Source: Marsupella aquatica (lineage: Eukaryota; Plantae; Marchantiophyta). Taken from it: a stretch of DNA of 64,000 bases. The position numbers and the translations under genes were made by a program. Location of the stretch: NCBI GenBank assembly GCA_973895155.1, contig OZ316895.1, positions 11,180,758 to 11,244,757 on the forward strand, read 5' to 3'. Under the pieces are notes generated by a model. That model did not search any database, was not told the origin of the DNA, and worked only from the letters and a program-made list of their open reading frames with translations. This document shows positions 10,989 through 24,113 of the stretch, piece after piece; position 1 is the first letter of the stretch, and every line of letters starts with the position of its first letter.

Positions 10989-13967
10989 CCTATTGAACTC
11001 GGGTTACTTAAGGGCTTTATGGAGGACAGTCACAATCGACTGCTTTGAGGAACTTTGTAACAACATAGGCTGCGAATGTTGAGGAGACAACGGACGAATG
11101 TTGAGGGACGGGAGACAAAGTGCTTGAAGGTCGTGGATGCATAAATCTGTGCATTTGCACTCATAGCAGAGACGGGAAGCAAATAGGAGTAGTGTGTATA
11201 ACAGTATTGCATAGTTTTTCTTCGTGAGCTATTGAGCACTGGAGTTGGGATTCAAGGAGTGACAATTAATCTTCTTCCAATCCAGGTTGTAGAATCGAAG
11301 AGTTCCAAATTGGGGGAAGTACAAGCGAAGATAGCAGTCGGAGAAGATGGCATCATTACCTTGGAGGTGGAGAGCTCCGATACTATTGACAATGCAAATT
11401 AAGACAATTTACTAAGATTCAATAAATTTGACCCATGCGGCTCGCTTGGTCGCTGACTACCTGCTCATTGCAGTACAATACTGGTCGTCGCAAGAGCATT
11501 AGCAGCATAAGTACTGTGTGTGCCAATGATGGCCTTTATGTCTCCAACAAAGTAGTTGAAAATAGAAAGGTAGTTGTCATAAATTGTACTTGAGGAGAAG
11601 AGTCAACTCGATGGCGCAGGGAAGGATCAAATTGCAGAAGGTATGGTTTGTCCAGATGTCCAAGACAACAAGAAATTGTCAACAACAGTATGCATGGGTG
11701 TCTTGCCGCCTCGGGGGGTCAACTATCAAAAACTTTAGGAACCACGTGCGATCCAAAATAGGTACTTTCGATAAAAATTAGCTAAATTTTTAAAAAGCGT
11801 AAGATGCAAAAGAAGGTGTTTTTATGCCATTGGATGAATTTATAAAGTAAAATAGGGTACTTCATTGTTTCAGTGATGGTTTTTGGAGGCTTGTGAAGGT
11901 AATCTCTCGCATGGTATGCACACTTTCTATCAGCTTAGTAAAATAGTGCAACTTTGCTTTTAAAACCCAAGTACATACTACAAAGCTCTTATTTCATTGG
12001 TTTGTCAGAAGAATCTCACGCATGGCATGCACACCTTTGCCAACAGCTTTGAAAGTAAGACGTTGGACAAGAGAAAGGGAGAGACTCTACACATCTGAGC
12101 AAGGCGCTGGAAAGTGAGCAAGGCGCTGGAAGGAGCGAGCAAGGCGCTCGAAGAAAAGACGAAGAGATTGTGCACATTGCGGGACAGAGAAGACAAGAAG
12201 GTGAAGAGGCTGAAGCTTGCACAACCATCTTAGTACTACTATACAACTTTGCTTTTAAGACCTAGGTACGTACACAAAGCTCTTATTTAGTTATTTCACT
12301 TGTTTTTTATGATGGCTTGTCAGTAAAATCTCACGCATGTCATGCACTATACTTTCTGGCCACACATGTCATGCACTGTACTTTATGGCCACACATGTCA
12401 TACCTTTTAAACATTGCACGAGCTAGGCCTTTCGTTTGTTATTTGTTCTTACTTGCTCTATTACTTGGTTATTGTGAACTGTAACTGCTTTTTGTATAAT
12501 CAGAAAACCTTGCGCGGTTACCAAAGCTACTTGTTGTGAATGTTTGGAATCAAATAAGAGTTTTCTCAAAGAATCTCTTCTCTGCACAATAGTCTTCTTG
12601 ACTTGTGCAACGTGACTTGTTTTCCTGATAATAATTTCTACTAAAAGACATACTGTAGATGGACTTACTTTGACTTTTAATACTTCTAAAATACAAGAAG
12701 TCTGGTAGCAATTTCTCATTGATAGCCATACTATAGGTTCACAATCATTAGTATCTTATTCTATACATTTTGTCATTGCATGTGGAATTTGGTGATTGTG
12801 TGCTGTAAAATGTGTGTACAGTAAATAATTCAATTTGTGTTTGAAGATTGAAAGTGAGTAATTTAAGATCCAAATATTGAGAGGTCTTGGATTGGTTGGA
12901 TATTGTTGTCACTCCACATGGGTCATGTTTTTGTGATTTTCTGGTGAAGATTTGATATGTTTATTTTGTTGGCACAATGGATATTAGAGCACAATTAATG
13001 ACTCCTTTTCATGTTACTTTCAATGTCATTTTTTTCCATTTCTGCTATCTTCTCACATTCAGATTAGAGGATGCGTACCTATTTGCTTCTTGCTTTCTCT
13101 CTAAGTTTTCTTTCCTCTCATCAATTGAGCAATTATACTTTGAATGAGAGGATTGCAAGGAGGATTGGTAGCCAAGCCAGTCGTATTTTAAGCATCGACT
13201 GCTTCATTTAGTAGTCTTTGAACTAGGAAGGATACTCCGTAAACTCTACCAATTAGCTCGGCTTGAATTGTTCTAGGAGAAAAGTTTTTGGGCATGTAAT
13301 TGATGAGCTTGGTCTTGTTAAAATTGTTGTGACTGCTGTTAGTAGTTCAATTTTTGTTCTTCTCGACTATGGTGTGTTTATTCTTTGATGCATTGCAATT
13401 TCTACAAAGCAACTACCTTCTTACTACGTTGCATTTTGGCTCATTGTTGCTAAATATTGGCTTGCTTTTCTTCTTTCTAAATTCAAGGAACGTACAACCA
13501 ACATTTACCTGAATCCTTCTAGTATCCTAATTGAATTTATCTATCAACTTTTGCCTTAGCTTTAAGTAGCCTAACTCACTTTTTTCAATGAAGCAAGTCT
13601 ATTGAAATCACAATAATTTATCAACTCAATGATGCTATTGGAAATCTGCTCGTCTTAGTGGCACTTGGTAGGATGGTGAGAAAGTTGCATAAGTTGTGTT
13701 ATACGTCTAGATAATATCTCGGAGGGTGGAAGATCTCTCTATGAAATTGCTTTTCAATTGATCTTGAACAAGTCATAATTGAATGTCTTTAAAGGCTGCT
13801 AGTTTTCTTTCTCTTGTAAACTATGATTAGCGTTTGAATACTTTATTCATTGTTGAAGTTGAGAATGAAGGTTGTTTCATAACTTTTTGTCATTGCACCA
13901 ATTTTAGCCTTGTCTCGCTCCACACTACCACACTTTTGCAGTATATAGCTGGAGGATAACACTAATC

Positions 13968-14444
13968 ATGGAGGATTTGAAAAATCTTTTCAATGAACGT
14001 CACGACATTGGTCCTCGACATATGTTTGAGGATATCCATTGTTGTTTTATTGATGGAGAAAAGATCTCTAAAACAAGACTCAATATTCTTTCAAAAAGGC
14101 TTCTACACTATGGTGGGACAAAATCCTCCAAGATTAGGATAGAAACCACACATGTGGTTGCAGCAAGCTGGAAAGATTGCCATTGTCGATTCTTTGGCAA
14201 GTTGGATGTACTTGAGAAAGTAGCTGAGAAAATCCCTATTGTTTCATATGATTGGATATCAGAATGCTTGAAGCATTCTGATATAGTAGACGTGTTTGGC
14301 TTCTTGCTGCACCCTAGTTGTGTACAGATTCAAAGAGATTGGGAAAAAGAGAAGGCTGAAATGGACAAGGATGCATGGAAGACACTGGTAGCTCGTAGAC
14401 TTGCAGCAAGAGAATTTGTGCCAAAGAGATATTTGAAGGTATGA
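13968..14444 (+). CDS. Single-BRCT-domain protein (transposon cargo)
   Basis: MFEDIHCCFI...LSKRLLHYGG...TTHVVA...IPIVSYDWISECLK is a BRCT signature (GG, THVV, WxxxC). Confidence 0.85.
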   Translation: MEDLKNLFNERHDIGPRHMFEDIHCCFIDGEKISKTRLNILSKRLLHYGGTKSSKIRIETTHVVAASWKDCHCRFFGKLDVLEKVAEKIPIVSYDWISECLKHSDIVDVFGFLLHPSCVQIQRDWEKEKAEMDKDAWKTLVARRLAAREFVPKRYLKV

Positions 14445-14599
14445 AGAATTTAGAGGGAGTGCACCTATTTTAGAGCAAAAACTCTAAAATAATGATAGGG
14501 CACACATCAAATAGTGTAAGCATACCATTAATGACTATCACAATTTTTGAACTATTTGGAATTGAATGGATTAAAATTTGTTTTAAATTGAATTGGAAA

Positions 14600-14770
14600 C
14601 ATGGAAATTGTTTGGAATTGATTTGGATTATATTGGATATATTAGAATTTTGTTTGGAATTGATTTGGATTGTATTGAATTTATTAGAATTTTGTCTGGA
14701 ATTGATCTGGATTGTATTGGATATATTTGAATTTTGTTTGGAATTTATTTGGATTGTATGTATTGGATTT
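14600..14770. repeat. 42-bp tandem repeat, about 4 copies
   Basis: Repeated TTGTTTGGAATTGATTTGGATTGTATTGGATATATTAGAATT. It explains the spurious ORF 14492-14791. Confidence 0.85.
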
Positions 14771-14845
14771 TATTTGTTACTTATGATTTGAAATGGAATG
14801 CACATGCATGTTTGTATGTGATTGCAGGAATAAGTTTGGATTTTT

Positions 14846-15778
14846 TTGGGTTCAACAGTTGTAGACATGGATAATGCAGGACCATCATCCCCATCAATAT
14901 GGGTGGACATAGATGTACCATTTTCAGCACATCCTAAAAGAATTTGTCGCGCCCCTATTCAGGAAGGTGAGCCTGTCAGAGTAGAACCTTTGTTCACAGA
15001 AAACACTATGGTGCCAGATTCTTTGACGGCGGAACCACCTTCCCCACCATCACCTCCTTTGGAAGGAGTACCACCTCCTAAAATACCTAAAACCCCTCAT
15101 ACAACATTCTCTAAGTTAGTGACACCTTTGGCAACACATGATCCTGAAGAACTGATTTTGAGAGGCACAGGCAAGTATGCCCCTGCCATTGATGCATTTA
15201 CATCAGCTGAGGTTTGTGTATTGGAGCCTCCTATTTGTGTCATATGTGATGATGGAGGAGATTTGGTGTATTGTGAGGGAAAATGCAAGCGACATATCCA
15301 TCCTTGTTTGGCAGATGGCCAAGTTTCCCAATATGTGACCTTGACATGTGCGTATGCTGTCATAAAGAATATGAATGGATTCTATTGCAACAACTGTTTG
15401 CTTTCCAAGCATCAGTGCATGATATGTGGGGAGATGGGATACAGTGAGCGGAAGGATGGACATAGGAAAAACATCTTCCAATGTACTAGGGAAGACTGTT
15501 ATGCATTCTTCCACTTACGTTGTTTTGAGAAGAAATTGGACCATGCGGCTTGGATTGGATTTGTTGACAGGATCCGGAGGAATCCTTCTAGTTTTGAATG
15601 TAATCGACATGCTTGTTTTCTTTGTAATCTCCCAGGAGAGGACTTTACACATCTTGTTCAGTGTAGAAGGTGCCCCAAAGCATGGCATCTCACTTGTCTA
15701 CCAGAGGTTGGTCATTTCACAGTCCAGGATAGGGGTCACACATGGAAATATGCCTATTTCCTACTCATGCCATTGTAG
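14846..15778 (+). CDS. Multi-PHD-finger protein (EDM2/NSD-type PHD array), transposon cargo
   Basis: ICVICDDGGDLVYCEGKCKRHIHPC, FYCNNC..KHQCMICG, FQC..C.AFFHLRC, FECNRHACFLC, LVQCRRCPKAWHLTCLP. The end is probably frameshifted. Confidence 0.88.
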   Translation: MGSTVVDMDNAGPSSPSIWVDIDVPFSAHPKRICRAPIQEGEPVRVEPLFTENTMVPDSLTAEPPSPPSPPLEGVPPPKIPKTPHTTFSKLVTPLATHDPEELILRGTGKYAPAIDAFTSAEVCVLEPPICVICDDGGDLVYCEGKCKRHIHPCLADGQVSQYVTLTCAYAVIKNMNGFYCNNCLLSKHQCMICGEMGYSERKDGHRKNIFQCTREDCYAFFHLRCFEKKLDHAAWIGFVDRIRRNPSSFECNRHACFLCNLPGEDFTHLVQCRRCPKAWHLTCLPEVGHFTVQDRGHTWKYAYFLLMPL

Positions 15779-16171
15779 AGAAGTACAAGACCCCTCGCCG
15801 TAATCATGTGGATCTGTGGCCCCGTCCACACAACATAGAGGACTAAATTGTAGTTTTGAGGATGCATTGAAGTAACAACACTCAATTTAGAGGAACCTCC
15901 TTGACTTGAAACACAAAGTACACATATAAGTAACTTTTTCATATTTGTGCATGAATCATTTTCTTATGAGCTATTATTTATGGATGATTGGATGAATACT
16001 AAATTTGGGGAGTTGAAATGTATCAAGTGAATATTAAATGAAAATTGTACTACTTAGACCTTGTGGATATCTATTATAGCTAGAATGATGATAAGGGTGT
16101 ACAAAGACTATTGAGTATGACTCTAAGTTGTATTTGACTACAGTTGCAGGGACACTTACAAACAATTAAGG

Positions 16172-19100
16172 ATGGAGTTTGTTGATTGGCAACTCTTTCA
16201 AGTTGATTGTCATGGAGAAGAGAAAGAGTTCATCTCTCCTATATCTTTGAAGGATGGTCCTACAGTTGGGCAATTGAGTAGCATCCCATCATATCTTGAA
16301 GGCATGAACCTTTCAGATTTTGAGTTTGATTTTTGGAATGAGAAATTGAAGAGACCTTTCAATCAAAAGTGAGAGAAAGCAAACATACTATCTGGTTCAG
16401 AGATCATCATTTTTTCACTTCAACATACAGAGAACTCCCCAAAGAGAGCTCGACTAGAATCTCAACCAAATTCTAGTGGACCTTCGATGGAAGACTTATT
16501 CTTAGAGGTACCAATGCAGATGGATGATGATTTACAAGATTACGGGATTGAAGATACTTTTGGAGATGACAATGCCTCTACTCCTATAACAAATCCAGTG
16601 ATAGTTAAGGTCCCAACTACTCTTGATCGCACTATTCCTCCAGAGTTGGGAGGTCCTCCAAGGATGAGAAGTAAGATCATGATGGATGATCAAAAAGCCA
16701 ATTGGGAGAGGGCAACTCGTGGGATTGTTGACAAGCTTGAGATAGATGGAAAGGGTGACCATCTCTGGTGGGTTGAAACATGGGATGAGGAAGACCATGC
16801 AATTGCAAAGATATGGTGCCAAGAATGTGAAAAATGGATTGGCATAGGGAAGGTTGATCAGTACTCTAACACTGCATCAAATTTTTGGAAGCAACATATT
16901 ACAACCAAGTTACATCGGGCCGAGTATGATCGCAAACGCAGACAAAAGAAGAGTGCCCAAGAGGTAGAAGAGAGAGCTGATGTTGTGGCTTTGGCAATTG
17001 CCCATTCAAGAAAAAATTTGTTGGATAATGTGAAGTTGATACAAGATGCAAATCTTGAGGAAGGGGTTGAGGTTTTTGTCATTGATGGTGATTTGGAGAA
17101 TGAGAAGGTGTCTGGGCGAGACTATAAGTGGAGGTGCAACATTTGTCATTCAACATGCTTGCTTTGTCCAAAGACAAATAATCTTGCTTCCACATTGGAC
17201 CAGCATATGAAGGGGATTCGTCTTGTCAAAAGAAAGAAAGAAATTCATGATGCCAAAATTGCCAAGACTTCACTCAACTCCAAAGCTCTAAGGCGCCCTG
17301 GTTGGCAATCAAAAGCAATAGGCCGGAAGCAACCGGGAATCAAAGCCTTTTTTATGACGGATTCCAGTAGACCAAGTGGTGGGAGCTCAAGCACAGGTAC
17401 AATCGATGCATCAATGTTGTGTTGGGGTATTTGGCGCCAGAGTGTCATTATAAAGAATGAAGGATGTGACTCTAAACCCATTTTGCTAGACCAGAAGAAA
17501 GGGGTTACATGGTATTCAGAACCACATACCCCGCCACATACTCAAGCAGTGCTTCATTTTGAATCAAGCACAAAGATGGTTGATGGTTGTTTTAGACATG
17601 TCAATTGCAAGCGTGTGAACACAAGTGGATTCAGCTTCTCAGACTTCACTTGTGATGTGTGTCAAACTATACCTCGGGAAAAAGATTGGCGGGGCCGAGT
17701 TTTGAGAAACCATGTGGCTCATGAGAAACGTGGTGGCCGAGACACAGGGCTAGGTAGGCGGTTGGAGTTCTTGACAACAGTGGAGTTATCAAGTGAAAGA
17801 AAAAAATAGAGTTTATAGAAATCTTAGAAAAGAGAATTGGATGTTGAAAGTAAAATTGATGAGGTGCAAGGCAGAGAAAAAGAGTTTTGTAGGGATACAA
17901 ACAGAATCAGCAAATCGGGCGGATGTGACATTGTTTTGTCGACGCATTATCAATTCATGGAGGGATGGCTTATGGGGAGGGAAGGAGGCTTTGTGGGACT
18001 TTATGTCTGATGTTGCACAAAATCTACCTCAAAAAAAGCAAGGCATACGTTTTTCAAGAAATACCAAAATTATGTGGGAGGTGGTGAAGTTAAGGGCTGG
18101 GCCAGCCATTTCCAATTTCCTGACTCATAACCTTGCTGGCCCAAGTATTTCCACAACCAAACGTGATAGTAAGAGGGGGTTCCAGTATGTAGCTGGCGAG
18201 AGTAGTAATCAATTTAAACATCTTGCTGAGACGTATGCACAACTAAAATTGAAGTTGGGGATCCATGGACCAGTTCCCGTTATTATTGCAGAAGATGAGA
18301 CATCAATTTGGAAAATGATAAGGTAAGCAATCATGACATTACAACTTAATATTTACATTGGCATGACACTTTCCTCCATTTTCCAATTGTATTGCAAGAT
18401 TATAAATCATTGATTGGAATATTGTGGTACTTTATGTAGGTGGGTCAGCACCAATGACACTTTAATGGGATTTTGTGGCACATCAAAATGTCATAAATGT
18501 ATTCATGATTTTAAAGTACTGGTCGGTTATGGTGAGACAGGATATAACAAAATAAATGATTCATTTAAAAATGGAGTGAAAGCAAACTACGCCCGTGTTT
18601 TGATGGCCAATCCCATGCATATGTCACTTCTGCCATTCCTATTAGTTGATATGGGAAGTTGTAATACACTTACAGCACAAGATATTCGTGCACAGTGGAG
18701 CAGAGTAGAGAAATTGTGGAGTGAAAATTGTTTAGATTTAGTTGGTCCTATAATTGGACATGCTTCAGATGGAGATAGTAGACGGCGATCTGAACAATTG
18801 GCGGATTACTACAATTGGCGGATTACTACAGAAGGGACCCAAATCCTTCAAGAGAATTTCGCATTGATTGGGAAGGTTTTAAGCTTGGAGCCATCATGGA
18901 AGATTCAACAGGTATGGTCAATGGATTACATGACCAAGATTGGATTCACAACGTGAAAAAATTGATTTCACCATTAGACAGCACTTGTCGTGTATTGTGG
19001 TTGGGTTCTTATTTGGTGCGAATGGAGCACATTCAAAAACTATTCAACAACAAAAAGATTGATTCTACTGGTTTGAATCAAGGAGACGTTGAGAGAACAG

Positions 19101-20809
19101 ATCGCCAAAACTTTGAAAGTGCCCAAAAGTTGTGTAGCAGAAAGGTTTCAACTGGCCTTGCTCAAATGAGGAATGAGAGCCATCCAGAAAGGACCCAAGG
19201 TACAGAGTTGTATCTAGAGATTGTAGCTAATTACATAGATATTTTTGCCTCTCCTATTGACTCCATTCAAGACAGGATAGTGAAGGCATCTAAGGTGATG
19301 TGGTTTCTGAAGCTATGGAAACTTTATATTGAACATGGAGAGCATGGGACCAGTACTCCAACTCTATCAGTTGACTTCATTAGCAACCAATGTTTTATTG
19401 ATGTTGTTATGTCATGTCACTTTGCGGTGTTGTTGGTGAAGCTCTTCAAGGACAAGTACCCGTCAATGCCAATACCTTTCTCACGAACAGGTAGCGATGT
19501 ATGTGAGATCTTCTTTTCAAAAGTTGGCGGGATGTCTGGTGTGGAGTGAGCATATGATTTTGGGGATCTAATGCGAGCAACCGGTTCTTTGAATCGACTA
19601 GCTGAAATTGAATCCATGAAGGGTGGTGTTGTCTTTCCAAGAACGCATGCAAAGATGAGAACTGTGTGGAAGGACCTTCATCCGGTGCCAATGGATAAAC
19701 ATGGAGTGCAAACAATACCTGCTCCTAATCTTGCTGATTTTTCTGAGATTCCAGATGATAACCACGTGATAGATGCACTTAAGGAGGGTTTGAATGAGGC
19801 ACAAAAACTATTACGGGTGCTGGACATGGCTCCATCGACTCATTGCCATGCTTCAAAGGCTCGTTGGTTTAAGCAACCATGGGATTTTGAAGAAGTTCTC
19901 CAAAAGAACTTGAGTGAGTTAGCAGTTTCAATTCCTGAAATTGGGGATAATGATGATATGGTGGTGCATAGCAATGGAGATATTTCTAAGGCATCCATGA
20001 TAGAGGAAGATGATATTGAGTTGGATCTGGAGAGTTCTGATAGTGATTTACTGAACTCAATAGCAACTAATGTTGTAGTTGAAGAGCGTCAAAATATTTT
20101 GGAGGTTCGACATATCATGCATGAGATGCAAGATACTATGGTCCCACCTTCATTTTCTACAGTTTTAGGAAATAGAATCAACCCCCAAGTTCCCTTGCCA
20201 GGAAGGCCTAGTGAGTACATATGGAAGGCTAGGCTTGTATCTCAACTCAATGTCAATGTCTTCTTGTCAAAAGACCGACTTCAAAGAGTAAAGGCAGCGG
20301 GAAACCAATATTATAGTGAGGAGGAATTGAATAGATTGCGTACAGATCCAAATGTGAAGACCATTGTCCCTGGACATGATATCGCTGTACTATTTGAAAG
20401 GGAAGATGGACATGGAACTAATAGTGTTATAGCTTCAGTACAAAGTCGACATGGTGGAGGTCCAAGTGATGTCAACAAAAAATCCCAAGGTGAAGCTTAT
20501 TTTGAAATTGGCAGGGTTCAAATGATCAAGAGAAAGGTGCGAGGCAAGTTTCAAAAGCAAAATGATATCCTGGATATGGAGAATCCAGGAACTGGTGAGA
20601 TTTGGTTGTTAGCATTATGGTATACTTCAATTTTAGAATCCAAGAAGACCAGCAAGTGGAAGTATGATGGTCGGGATAAGCGTTGGGTTCCTTTATCTAC
20701 TGTAATCCAGACAATCACCCTTGAATTCAACATGCAACGGAAACACTATGTTTTATCGCCTCGAGAACACCAGAATTTGGTGGAATATGTAACCTTACAA
20801 AATGCATAG
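16172..20809 (+). pseudogene. P-element-superfamily-like DDE transposase with N-terminal C2H2-like fingers instead of THAP
   Basis: Motifs in P-transposase order: IIAEDET, GHASDGDSRRR, DQDWIHNVKKL, DRQNFESAQKL, TGSDVCEIFFSKV. Lesions: stops at 16370 and 19547, frameshift ~17800, 17-bp duplication 18794-18827. Intron ~18323-18439. Confidence 0.75.
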
Positions 20810-23800
20810 TAAGGTTATTCACATGTGTAGTGCATGGACACATGAACAGGTAACTTTTTATTTTCACTAAATTCCAATTTTTAAAAAGGTTTTTGCAGTT
20901 TCACCTTTGCATTACAAAAACTAATCTTGCTTGTTTGGAGACTAACTTTATATCATGGTTGTCTTGTGACAGGGTACTCTCATGATAATTATTGGAGACA
21001 ATTTATGTTCATATATGCTGCACTTATGGTACTTAGCTCTGATCTTTCCCATATATATTTCTTTCAATTGCTATTATATATTTTGAAGATTTATGTTGAC
21101 CATCATGTGTTGCATGATGAAAAAGTACATTTAACCTTAATCATGGAAAGCTTTCTTCAAACACATTTTGCATGATTGTAAAGTCTTGGAAATAATAAAT
21201 TCTCCTACCTTAAATTATGTTCATTTTGCAAGTATGTATGTGTGAGCATGGAGGGTACCAAAATCTATGTAGCCCAATTTAGAGCCCAAAGGGAAGTTAT
21301 ATATGCCCCTTTGGAGATTGTTGGAAGTAATGCCCAACATCTTGCGCTCATGAATAAGAGATAGGCCACCTACAGGTTGTCTAAAGGGTTGTCTAAAGGG
21401 TGTCTACATCAGTATCCTATGTTGCAAAGTCACAATCTATTGAGTCAAACCTTAGTTGCATTTTACATGTACCATTGATACATTTGTAAGTGTCTAACAT
21501 TGGACGGTCGATGTCTTGTGCGGTAGATGCGTTGGTTAAGAAACAAAATTTTGAAAGCAAAATAGGTATGTTTATCTTCCAAAATGAAAATTTTAGAAGT
21601 TAAAATACCCCTCAATATATTGCCCCCCCAAAAATAAAATAGGTATATTTCCCAAATTGTCAAGCAAAAATAGGGGTATTTTAATTAGGCTAGGATCGCA
21701 CGTGGTACTAGCATATATACACTAGGTGAACCCCCCGAGCTTGCCGCCATCATGATGAGGTGTTTACAAAAGACAGCAAAACAGGAAACAAGAGTTAATA
21801 ACAAAATCTGGTAATAGGAAAAAAATTGGTAATAGGAAAATGGGTGAAACTGTTTTTTGAAATTTTTTTAAAAATTTGTTTTTGAGAAAAAAAAAGTTTT
21901 TTTCGGTTGACCAGTTTTCCTTTCCCGTGCGGCTTGTCTAATCTAGTGGACGCCCCCCTCCGTAAAAATGACGCTCAAATGCACCTAATGAAAGGTGTAT
22001 TTCACTTGAGAAGACACGGAACTTGCTCCAATTGATTCTTTTTTTTTGCTAGTGCCCAAAGCTAACCAAAAATGTTGCATTGTTAAATTTTTTTGAAAAT
22101 GACATGTTTTAGGAGACATTTTTAAATTGTCATTTTTCTTGGTAACAATGATTTTTTACTCGTAACAGCATATTAAAAACAGAAAAAAAAATCTTGTTTA
22201 CCAGTTTCTTGTCTCCGTCGCTATACCCATCATGATGGCGCTGCCTAAACAACAAACCTACATTGTAAATTCTTTTTGATGAGGGCAATAATGGAGACCT
22301 CGATGATGCAATGATGCCACCAGCCTTGGATGGGGTTTTGGAAGACAATGTGAAGACAAGAATTTGCTAGGAAGCAGTTGGAAGATGGTCACACTTTGGC
22401 CGATTGTAACATTTAGAAGGAATCAACTCTATATATTCCAATCCCATTACTTCAATTTATTGCCATATGGTTTTCCTCTTCAGTTGTAGCTGTGGCGATT
22501 CTGAATTCCTGACTATCAGTATTTCGTGAATTCTATGTCCAAAATTTCAGCACGAAGGTGAAGATATAGAAGTAGAGCAAGAAATCCAAGCAGGTTTTGC
22601 TCTGCAACTACAGTGAGATGCGTTTAAGTAAAGGTGGAGAGAGCAAGTTGGCCTAGTACATAGATTTGGATTTGAGAGAATCTCCCCTAACTGGCTATTT
22701 GTGACTATTGTTGCAGGAAACGAAGAAGCTGGTTGCAGGGGAGGGGTGGGGTTGGAGTATTTTCGTTGTTTTGCTGCTGCCTACTGCAATTCTGTTCAAT
22801 TGCGAGGCAAGTTAGGCAAGTTGAGTTGAGGCAGGTGGTGAAGCCTTCGTCATTCATACCTTCGGATCTCTGGCTCAAACCTCAGAGACGTGATTGCGAC
22901 CTTGTCTTACTGACACTTCCAGGATTATCTGCAACAATAGCCTGATCCAATCGACTCCAATCCCTAAACTTTCATTTATACAGGTTCAGCCCATCCCACG
23001 GTGGACCTTATTCTTCTAGCAGCTCATGCCAGAGTGCCAGAAGAATCGTGATGAAAACCTATTTAAATGAAAATGAATGCCATCGTCTTCCTATGCCTCT
23101 AACAAACACTAGTTCATTTCAAAGGGGTGTGATTCAGGGAATCCGTAGTTTCCAAAGATGATCTGGTCAAAACTCAAAATTGGAAGGGACTAAAATGTGA
23201 CGTTCGACTAAACTAGGCAGCCGCTTCGATTGTGTAGAAGCAAAATAATGTTTACAGGTGGTCTAGAGTAGTTTTGTGGCGACTATGTCAATTTGAGGCA
23301 TGAGTGTTAAAAACAACTTACATTTTTGCAGTCTTTTCTTCTGTCCCAACTGTAGTCAGTCTAGATCACTTAGGTCTGCTTTCCTTGGGATCAACCCTTC
23401 CACATGGCATCAAACAAATGGTCATTTGTAGCGCTGAGCAAGCAGGTTCTGCAGTACTACTTTTAGTTCTTTTGCATACACTTTACAGCTTTGTAATCTC
23501 TCTTCTATTTGTCTAATCCAAAGTAGGCCTTCTTCTCCTTAATAGTCGATTATAAAAATTGGAACTGCCATGAATATTTTATGAGCTTCAAATGAATGTA
23601 ATCAACAATAAGTAATGATGTGCAGAGTAGTGGTTTTAATACACTCTATTGATTTAGGGTTTAGGGACAGCAGGATTTTTGATGGCTTCAAACTTCAAGT
23701 GTAATTTTTGTGGAGCTTTGGGATTTCTGGGGGGTTTGTACCATGCAAGGAAACAGGAGAAATTGCTAGCGACATGAGCTAACAGGGATATGTCATTTTT

Positions 23801-24113
23801 TGAATGGCATATTTAGTGCCTAGAAAAGGGCCTAAAAAGGATTTCACACAACCAAACTAAGCATTTGTCAAAACTTTCATAATGCACATGGGTTGTAAGC
23901 GAGGGCGCTAGCCTTCCATCATACACAAAACTGATCAAAACAAGATAACCAATAAAGATTATACTCAAGTTACAAACATTTCCCACTCATCAAAATTGGC
24001 TGCCTCGACTACTTTATTGAAACTGAGAGTAAGTTCCCTAGAATGGCTAAAGAGATCAAGCTTATTTTGCTGCTTCCCATTCAGGGAACACACAAGCAGA
24101 ATCAAACTTCACA

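Larger units (their letters stand above)
11710..21739 (+). mobile_element. Complete 10,030-bp DNA transposon with P-element-like transposase, bipartite TIRs and 8-bp TSD
   Basis: TSD CTTGCCGC at 11702-11709 and 21740-21747. Termini CTCGGGGGGT / ACCCCCCGAG. Inner perfect 14-bp inverted repeat ACCACGTGCGATCC (11741-11754) / GGATCGCACGTGGT (21693-21706). Confidence 0.9.

Noticed and set aside
14492-14791. Hydrophobic 99-aa membrane-like ORF
   Set aside because: Translation of a 42-bp tandem repeat.
21748-22245. CATCATGATG at both ends with weak inverted similarity (resembles the Drosophila P terminus CATGATG)
   Set aside because: Short palindrome, poor extension and no TSD found.
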